Shown one piece after another: positions 57,691 through 64,000 of a stretch of 64,000 nucleotides of DNA. Position 1 is the first letter of the stretch. Each line of letters begins with the position of its first letter. Origin of the DNA: Nibricoccus sp. (lineage in GTDB: Bacteria; Verrucomicrobiota; Verrucomicrobiia; Opitutales; Opitutaceae); NCBI GenBank assembly GCA_047602425.1, contig JASGHG010000001.1:1-64000 (forward strand). The letters are read 5' to 3'. The translations under genes were made by a program, and so were the position numbers. The notes under the pieces are model-generated. The model worked only from the letters and a program-made list of their open reading frames with translations, searched no databases and was not told the origin of the DNA.

Positions 57691-58251
57691 ATGCGACCTC
57701 TTCGATATTCCATCAACATAACTTTGGACGGGTGCTGCGATCATCGGGGAGGTATCGCGGACGAAGAATTGCATCGTCACGCGGCCGAAAATATCGCGCG
57801 GGCCGACGCCCTCCTCTTTGGGCGCGTGATTTACCAAATGATGGAAGAGGCCTGGCGGGCGCCGGCGCAGACGGGTGTGGTGCCTGACTGGATGCAACCG
57901 TGGATGCTGCCCTTCGCCCGAACCATCGACAGGGCTAAAAAATACGTCGCCTCCCGCACCCTGGCCCGGGTCGACTGGAACGCAGAGCTCGTGCACGGGG
58001 ACCTCGAAACCGCCATTCGGCAGCTGAAACAAGAGCCGGGCACCGGAATTTTTGTCGGTGGCGTTAAGTTCGCGCAGGCCCTGGCCGAACTAGGACTCAT
58101 CGACGAGTACGAGTGTATCGTGCATCCCAGAATCGCGGGACACGGGCCGACGCTTTTCGCAGGGCTATCGAAGCCTCTCGATCTGAAGCTCGTGAGCCGG
58201 CAGGAGTTCAAGTCGGGCGCGGTCGTGATGCGATACGAGCTGAGAAAGTAA
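57691..58251 (+). CDS. Dihydrofolate reductase family (RibD C-terminal-like) protein
   Basis: ITLDG, LLFGRVIYQMM, KYVASRTL, GLIDEY...HPRIAGHGPTLF. Confidence 0.9.
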   Translation: MRPLRYSINITLDGCCDHRGGIADEELHRHAAENIARADALLFGRVIYQMMEEAWRAPAQTGVVPDWMQPWMLPFARTIDRAKKYVASRTLARVDWNAELVHGDLETAIRQLKQEPGTGIFVGGVKFAQALAELGLIDEYECIVHPRIAGHGPTLFAGLSKPLDLKLVSRQEFKSGAVVMRYELRK

Positions 58252-58546
58252 GCCTTTCAATTTTCAGCACGGTCCGAGGAAATCGAAAAGACAACGGGAG
58301 GAAGACCGCCGTATTTAACCCGCCACTACACGATTTTCTCGCGCCCCGCTGGCTTTGAGGGTGTCCATCTGCCGCTGGTCGGCGAGCAGAATTCGCTCAA
58401 CGCGTTTTTTACTTTGACCCCGTGGCTTAGAGGGTGCCCCTTGCGCATCTGTCCGAAAACCAGCTCGTTTTTCACCGGCATGGCCATCCAGCGGGACGCA
58501 ATGTCGACTCTCACTTCACTTCGCCGCCCTCTCCTTTTTTCTGCCT

Positions 58547-59836
58547 ATGTCTTCTTCCACCGCGTCTCCCATCCCGGCCGCGAAGGTCTCGGAACCGTTC
58601 ACGCCGTACGAAAAGTTTCTCGTCGCGCTGATCGTGTTTCTGAACTTCACGGTGATTTTGGATTTCATGATCCTGTCGCCGCTCGGCGCGATGCTCATTC
58701 CGCAACTGCACATCACGACCGGGGAATTCGGCGAAGTCGTTTCCGGATATGCGATCGCCGCCGGCATTTCCGGACTGCTCGCTGCGGGCTTCGCCGACCG
58801 CTTCGATCGCAAGCACCTGCTCCTCTTTTTCTACGTCGGCTTTCTCATCGGTACGCTTCTGTGTGCGCTGGCCACGAGTTATACCTTTTTGCTCATCGCG
58901 CGCATTGTGACCGGGCTGTTCGGTGGTGTGATCGGCTCTGTCGGCATGGCAATCGTCGCCGATATGTTCGCGCTCCATCGGCGCGGACGTGTGATGGGCC
59001 TGATTCAAACCGCCTTCGCCGGCGCCCAGGTGCTCGGCCTGCCAATCGGCCTGTATCTCGCTAACCATTTCGGCTGGCACAGCGGTTTCTATTTTATTGT
59101 CGCCGTCGGCGCCGTGGTGGCGGTCGTGATCGCGGTATTTCTCCGCCCCATCAACATGCATTTATCCGGCGGGCCCAAGCGCCACCCTGTGGAACATCTT
59201 TGGCTCACGGCCACCAATCGCCATTACCTCGTCGGCTTTTTGGCCAACATTCTTCTCGCGACGGGCGGGTTCATGCTCATGCCCTTCGCGACGACGTTTT
59301 CCGTGAACAACCTCGGCATTTCCTTCGCGCAACTGCCCGTAATCTACATGATCACCGGCTGCTCCACCGTCATCACCGGACCGTTACTGGGAAAATTGAG
59401 CGATGCGGTGGGCAAGTACCGGCTGTTTCTGGCCGCCTCGGTGGTCGGCATCGGCGTCGTGCTTTTTTATACGCGGCTTGGCGTGACTCCGCTTTGGGAG
59501 GTGGTCGTGATCAATACCGTGCTCTTCTCCACGATTTCGGGGCGCATGATTTCTGCGGCGGCGTTGATGTCCGCCGTGCCGGAAATGACCGACCGCGGCG
59601 CGTATATGTCGATCGGAAATTCGATGGCACAACTGGCCGGCGGCGTGGCTTCGTGGGTGGCTGGCAAAGTCGTCGTGCAATCACCGGCGGGGCCATTGGA
59701 ACATTACCCCACGCTCGGAATCATCGTCGCCAGTGCGATGGTGGTCAGTGCGGCAATGGTCTACCAAGTCCATCGGCTGGTTAGGGATAAGCAGCCAAAA
59801 CCGACCGCTCCCGCCGTCCCCGTGTCTACCAGCTGA
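58547..59836 (+). CDS. MFS transporter
   Basis: 12-TM pattern, motif A AGFADRFDRK, GKLSDAVGK. Confidence 0.93.
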   Translation: MSSSTASPIPAAKVSEPFTPYEKFLVALIVFLNFTVILDFMILSPLGAMLIPQLHITTGEFGEVVSGYAIAAGISGLLAAGFADRFDRKHLLLFFYVGFLIGTLLCALATSYTFLLIARIVTGLFGGVIGSVGMAIVADMFALHRRGRVMGLIQTAFAGAQVLGLPIGLYLANHFGWHSGFYFIVAVGAVVAVVIAVFLRPINMHLSGGPKRHPVEHLWLTATNRHYLVGFLANILLATGGFMLMPFATTFSVNNLGISFAQLPVIYMITGCSTVITGPLLGKLSDAVGKYRLFLAASVVGIGVVLFYTRLGVTPLWEVVVINTVLFSTISGRMISAAALMSAVPEMTDRGAYMSIGNSMAQLAGGVASWVAGKVVVQSPAGPLEHYPTLGIIVASAMVVSAAMVYQVHRLVRDKQPKPTAPAVPVSTS

Positions 59837-59968
59837 GAACGGGAGCCGACGCTTTCGTGAATCTCGATTCGATGCATGGGTCTTCATCGGGATAGAAAAG
59901 AACCATGGCGGAAAGTGCCTTCTCGCAACTGGAGCGGACGTCTGGCGCAACAAACTGGCGCGAGAGCC

Positions 59969-60304
59969 ATCATTTGCGTGCAGAAGAGGGCCGCACGGTG
60001 TAAATCATTGGCCGCAGCCTGCAAGCAGGCCACCGCAACGTGTAAGTCCCCCACCGCAACGTGTAAGTCCCCCACCGTACCGTGTCAGACGCCCGCCGCA
60101 GCGTGTCAGCTCTTTGCCGGAGCGTGTAAGGCGACCGCCGACGCGTGCGAGCTCCTCACCGCAGCGTGTCAATCGACCGCCGATGCGTGTAGGTCGGCCA
60201 CCGATGGATGTAAGTTGCAAATCGGTTGCGTGCAGCAGCCCACCGCACCGAGCGAGAGGCTTGCCGATGCGTGTCGATCGCTTCCCGCAGCGTGCGAGCG
60301 CGAT
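59969..60304. repeat. Degenerate tandem array of 16 x 21-nt units
   Basis: Core RCCGCARCGTGTMAG plus a variable 6-nt tail, no indels; two identical units at 60032 and 60053. Confidence 0.85.
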
Positions 60305-60373
60305 GAAAACTCATCTTTGCTGATCAGGAACGCCTCTTTTCTATCAGTACCTCTCAGTGATCATCAGTGGTTC

Positions 60374-60406
60374 AAAAAAAGAACCCGCACTTTCGGTGCG
60401 GGTTCT
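60374..60406 (-). terminator. Terminator after gpmI
   Basis: AAAAAAAGAACCCGCAC-TTTCG-GTGCGGGTTCT. Confidence 0.8.
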
Positions 60407-60454
60407 GCGGTTGAGAAAGATAAAGATTAGGAGAACGAGAAAGATTCGTTCGCT

Positions 60455-62041
60455 TTAGCCGAGGAAGAGGCATTCGCCGGTCATCTCGGCGGGTTTGGGG
60501 AGGCCCATCAAGGCGAGGACGGTCGGGGCGATGTCCGCCAAGCGACCGCCGGTGCGCATCTTGGTCTTGCCGGCAGCAAACTTGTCGCCAACGACAAAAA
60601 CCTCAACCAGGTTCAAGGTGTGCGCGGTGTGCGGGCCGTTGGTGGTGTAGTCCCACATCTGCTCGGCGTTGCCGTGGTCGGCGCAAACGAGCGCCTGGCC
60701 ACCCATCTTGGCGACGGCGGCGAGGAGTTCGGTGCAGCCCACGTCGGTCGCTTCGACGGCCTTGACGACCGCGGCGAGATTGCCGGTGTGGCCGACCATG
60801 TCGGGATTGGCGTAGTTAACGACGATCAGGCCGTATTTGCCGGAGAGAATCGCGTCCTTCGCAGCCTTGGTAACTTCGACCGAAGACATCTCGGGCTGGA
60901 GATCGTAGGTCGCCACCTTCGGGCTGGCCGGGCAGGCGCGGTCTTCGCCGGGGAATGGATCTTTGTTGTAGTTATTGAAGAAGAACGTGACGTGCGGGTT
61001 CTTCTCGGTCTCGGCGCAGCGGAACTGGTTGATGCCGGCGTCGGCGACGACTTTGCCGAGGATGTTTTTGAGTTTTTCGGGCTTGGGGGAAACAACGTTT
61101 ACCGGCAAACCTGACTCGTATTCGGTCATGGTCGCGTAGTAGAGATCGAGTTTCTCGCCGCGGTCGAATTCCTTGAAGCCGTCGATCACGAAGGCCTTGG
61201 TGATCTCGCGGGGGCGGTCGCCGCGGTAGTTGTAGAAGAGCACGGAGTCGCCGTTGGCGAAGGTCGCGAGCGGCTTGCCGTCGGCGCCGAGGATCCAGGT
61301 CGGGAGAACGAATTCATCGCCCTTCTGCGATTCGCCGAGAGGCTTGTCGTAGTACTGCTGCACGGCGGCCGCGGCGGATTTGGCGGTGGCTTCGGCTTTT
61401 TTGCCGGTGAGCATGTTGTACGCTTTCGAGACGCGGTCCCAACGGTTGTCGCGGTCCATGACCCAGAAGCGACCGCAAACGCTGGCGATTTTGCCGACGC
61501 CGATCTTGGCGGCCTGTTCCTCAACCTGTTGCACATAGCCAAGACCGCTGGTCGGCGGCGTGTCGCGTCCGTCGGTGAAGGCGTGGATGAAGACGTTCTT
61601 CACGCCGTCTTCCTTGGCTTGGCGGAGAATGCCGTAGAGGTGCTCGAGCATGCCATGCACGCCGGCGTCGGAAACGATGCCCATGAGATGCAGCTTGGCG
61701 TTGGGATTCGCCTTCACGCGGGCGACGGCGGCCTTCCAGACGGCGTTGGTGGCGAGGCGTTTTTCCGAAAAGAGCTTGTTGAGACGAACCAGTTCCTGAT
61801 CCACAATGCGGCCGGCGCCGATGTTTTCGTGGCCAACTTCGCTGTTGCCCATCACGCCCTCGGGCAGACCGACGTCGAGGCCGCTGGCGGCGACAAGCGC
61901 GAAGGGATATTTCGCGTGGAGCATGTCGTCGCAGGGAACCTTGGCCTGCTTGACGGCGTTGAACTTGTCTTGGGACGAGTCGGGGTTCTTACCCCAACCA
62001 TCGCGGATGACGAGGAGGACGGGTTTGCGCGGATTGCTCAT
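60455..62041 (-). CDS. gpmI: 2,3-bisphosphoglycerate-independent phosphoglycerate mutase
   Basis: DGWG, MGNSEVGH, TDGRD, MDRDNRW, AETEK, NPDMVGHTG, ADHGNAE, HTAHT. Confidence 0.96.
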   Translation of the reverse strand: MSNPRKPVLLVIRDGWGKNPDSSQDKFNAVKQAKVPCDDMLHAKYPFALVAASGLDVGLPEGVMGNSEVGHENIGAGRIVDQELVRLNKLFSEKRLATNAVWKAAVARVKANPNAKLHLMGIVSDAGVHGMLEHLYGILRQAKEDGVKNVFIHAFTDGRDTPPTSGLGYVQQVEEQAAKIGVGKIASVCGRFWVMDRDNRWDRVSKAYNMLTGKKAEATAKSAAAAVQQYYDKPLGESQKGDEFVLPTWILGADGKPLATFANGDSVLFYNYRGDRPREITKAFVIDGFKEFDRGEKLDLYYATMTEYESGLPVNVVSPKPEKLKNILGKVVADAGINQFRCAETEKNPHVTFFFNNYNKDPFPGEDRACPASPKVATYDLQPEMSSVEVTKAAKDAILSGKYGLIVVNYANPDMVGHTGNLAAVVKAVEATDVGCTELLAAVAKMGGQALVCADHGNAEQMWDYTTNGPHTAHTLNLVEVFVVGDKFAAGKTKMRTGGRLADIAPTVLALMGLPKPAEMTGECLFLG

Positions 62042-62213
62042 AAGATGAAAGGTTAAGGGATGACCGGCGAAGGCCCGGGGCGGAAGGCCAAAGTTAAGGA
62101 CTTCTGATAGTATTCGCCGCCAAGATACGGCCGTTAAAATTTTTCTCAGGTGGGCCGTAGTTGGCAGAAAGACTGCTAAGAATTCGATTCATGGAAGAAA
62201 CGAAAGGCAAAGC

Positions 62214-62528
62214 ATGACGCTCATCATTCGAGATCAGCTGGTTAACCCACCGACTTGGTTCGCTTCGTTTCGAGATCTCACGCTTTATTGCAATGTCTTT
62301 TTGCATTTGGAAATCGTCGTGGAATCCAATGCGATCGACACCTACTACCGCTGGATCAAGCCGCGCGGCGGCATGGATTTCATCGAGGACCTTGTGCGCC
62401 CCGGCAGCGAGGACGGCGTGCGGCTGGACATCGAACACAATTTCCCCCGCACGATCGTGACCGACCGCATCGCGCCAGAGAACGTGCACCGCTTGATCGC
62501 GCAGATCCAAGGTTTGCGGGCGGCGTGA
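62214..62528 (+). CDS. Hypothetical protein
   Basis: 104-aa ORF divergent from gpmI with host-like codon usage; no family confidently recognised. Confidence 0.65.
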   Translation: MTLIIRDQLVNPPTWFASFRDLTLYCNVFLHLEIVVESNAIDTYYRWIKPRGGMDFIEDLVRPGSEDGVRLDIEHNFPRTIVTDRIAPENVHRLIAQIQGLRAA

Positions 62529-62622
62529 AGAGCGCTAGCTGAGGTCGGGAGTCGGAGCTCGGAGGTCGGATGAAACCCGGGGACGCGGAGATTGTCGCGT
62601 TCCATCTGCAAACGTTCAATTT

Positions 62623-63216
62623 TCAACCCAACTTCTCCGTCACCAGCCGCCGCACCTCGTCGAGCCAGGTGGCGCGTTGTTCGGGTTTGCTCACGATGAT
62701 GGACGAGAAGCTGCGCCGAACCACTGGCACTCCACAAAGGCCGAAGACGACTTTGCACCAATGCGTTTCCAACGGATCGCCGTAGACGTTGCGGTCGACT
62801 TCGTCGGGCGTGTTGGCGGTGGTGAAGACGACAGCCGCCTTGGCTTTCAGCAAACCTTCGGGACGGGCGCCGCCTTTGCCGTCGGGCACGAAACGGTAGG
62901 CGCGGCCGGCGCGCAGTACGCGGTCTACCCAGCCACACAAGATCGCGGGCGGACGGCTCCAATAATTCGGGTGCACGATGACGATGCCGTCAGCTTCGCC
63001 GATTTCGCGGCAATGTTGTTCAATCACCGGCGGCAGCATGGCATCGCGAGCGGCCTCGGCCGTGGTGAAAATGGGATCGAAGTTTTCCGCGTAGAGATCG
63101 TGAATGGTTACCGTGGCCCCGCGAGCGCGCAGCGTTTCGGCGGCGGTGGCGACGATGGCGTGATTGAAACTGCCGGGCGTAGGATGACCGAGGATGATCG
63201 AGACTTTCACGCCCAT
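62623..63216 (-). CDS. NAD(P)H-dependent oxidoreductase (flavodoxin-2/KefF-like)
   Basis: ILGHPTPGSFNHAI, HDLYAENFDP, HPNYWSRPPAILCGWVDRV. Confidence 0.9.
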   Translation of the reverse strand: MGVKVSIILGHPTPGSFNHAIVATAAETLRARGATVTIHDLYAENFDPIFTTAEAARDAMLPPVIEQHCREIGEADGIVIVHPNYWSRPPAILCGWVDRVLRAGRAYRFVPDGKGGARPEGLLKAKAAVVFTTANTPDEVDRNVYGDPLETHWCKVVFGLCGVPVVRRSFSSIIVSKPEQRATWLDEVRRLVTEKLG

Positions 63217-63326
63217 TGTTTAACCGCACTCGCACGATGATCGTACACGTCAAAACCTGCGCAGTTCTTGGCGAACGTTGGGCGGAAATTTAATTCGGCA
63301 AACCCAACGCAGGCCGAGAACAGAAG

Positions 63327-63462
63327 ATTAAACCGCTAATTATCGCTAATCTTCGCTAATTTTAAACCATCCGGAGACAAACCAAAGCTAACGGACGAGA
63401 AGCGGGGTGATTCAATCAGCCTCTGCCAATTGGCGAAAATTAGCGCCAATTAGCGGTTAATA
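63327..63462. repeat. 10-nt-period palindromic element
   Basis: ATTAAACCGCTAAT-TATCGCTAAT-CTTCGCTAAT ... ATTGGCGAAA-ATTAGCGCCA-ATTAGCGGTTAAT. Confidence 0.8.
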
Positions 63463-63514
63463 AATTCCGAGTTGCGGTCTGAGCGTCACTCTCCTCGCCT
63501 TCGCAAACCTTCGC

Positions 63515-64000
63515 TCACGGATAGTACTTTTTCCGCGCGCGCACCTGGACGAAACGTTTCTCGGGCAAAATGTAAGCCGTGAGAAAACCGCCCATCACGC
63601 AGGCGGTATCAATGCAGACGGACCATTTCAGTTTGTAGATCTCGGGGCGCGATGTGTGACCGTACACAACGAAAGGCGGACCGTTCCAGAGATCGGCCCA
63701 GGGAGGACAACCCTCGGCTTCGGAACGTTTGCGCGGTTTGCCGTCCTCGTCGATGAGTTGGATGCGCGTGACGACTTGGGCGGGCTGTTTTTGCCAAGGT
63801 TCGTCGGGAAGAAAACCGCCGTGGACGAAAACTGTGTTTAACTCCTCGACGTAATGCGTGAGCTTCATCGCCTCGAGGTACATCCAATCTTCGGGACGCA
63901 ATTTTCGAAACGTTTCCTCGTCGCCGGCCTTGAGGAAAGCGGTGTCTTTGGTTTTGCGGAAATTGAGCAGTCGCAATTCGTGATTGCCGAGAAGGCAAAT
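63515..64000 (-). CDS. Metallophosphoesterase (PrpE/ApaH-like), 5' end outside the window
   Basis: LLGNHE at the window edge, FVHGG, VVYGHT, IDTACVMGGFLTA. Confidence 0.9.
   Translation of the reverse strand: MCLLGNHELRLLNFRKTKDTAFLKAGDEETFRKLRPEDWMYLEAMKLTHYVEELNTVFVHGGFLPDEPWQKQPAQVVTRIQLIDEDGKPRKRSEAEGCPPWADLWNGPPFVVYGHTSRPEIYKLKWSVCIDTACVMGGFLTAYILPEKRFVQVRARKKYYP

Noticed and set aside
59969..60304. CRISPR array interpretation of the 21-nt repeats
   Set aside because: Units are too short and degenerate, there are no ~30-nt unique spacers and no cas genes in the window
1..64000. tRNA, rRNA, IS transposase, integrase, prophage or defence genes
   Set aside because: No recognisable motifs by eye; small ncRNAs cannot be excluded without covariance searches

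Overview
High-GC bacterial chromosomal window, most likely Verrucomicrobiota of the family Opitutaceae. This is inferred from the Opitutaceae-style TonB receptor, TMTC-like TPR protein, long IspG and ThrS with an insertion; no marker gene was checked. The housekeeping backbone comprises fkpA-like PPIase, acpP/fabF-like pair, galE, thrS, uppS-cdsA-dxr-rseP-ispG, dnaA (DnaA boxes upstream, no dnaN downstream), priA, waaA and gpmI. Carbohydrate and envelope genes include GT4, GH115, a GH37/63-like hydrolase, a TBDR and an OM beta-barrel. Signalling genes are a hybrid histidine kinase and an MCP with a sigma28-like promoter. Two AT-richer accessory patches (about 12.0-15.0 kb and 54.4-57.2 kb) carry small cassette-like genes. 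No rRNA, tRNA, CRISPR array, transposase or integrase was seen. Most notable: (1) short-period (6, 7 and 10 nt) repeat and palindrome families, including three heptamer tracts in frame inside ispG; (2) a phased 16 x 21-nt degenerate array at about 60.0-60.3 kb; (3) a probable decayed integron-cassette-like array containing a GNAT gene with an in-frame TGA; (4) unusual fusions (DUF2017-like-ClpS, M48 peptidase-pilin-like) and a tandem B-lectin with duplicated W/Y-rich inserts. All family calls are from motif recognition, not database searches.
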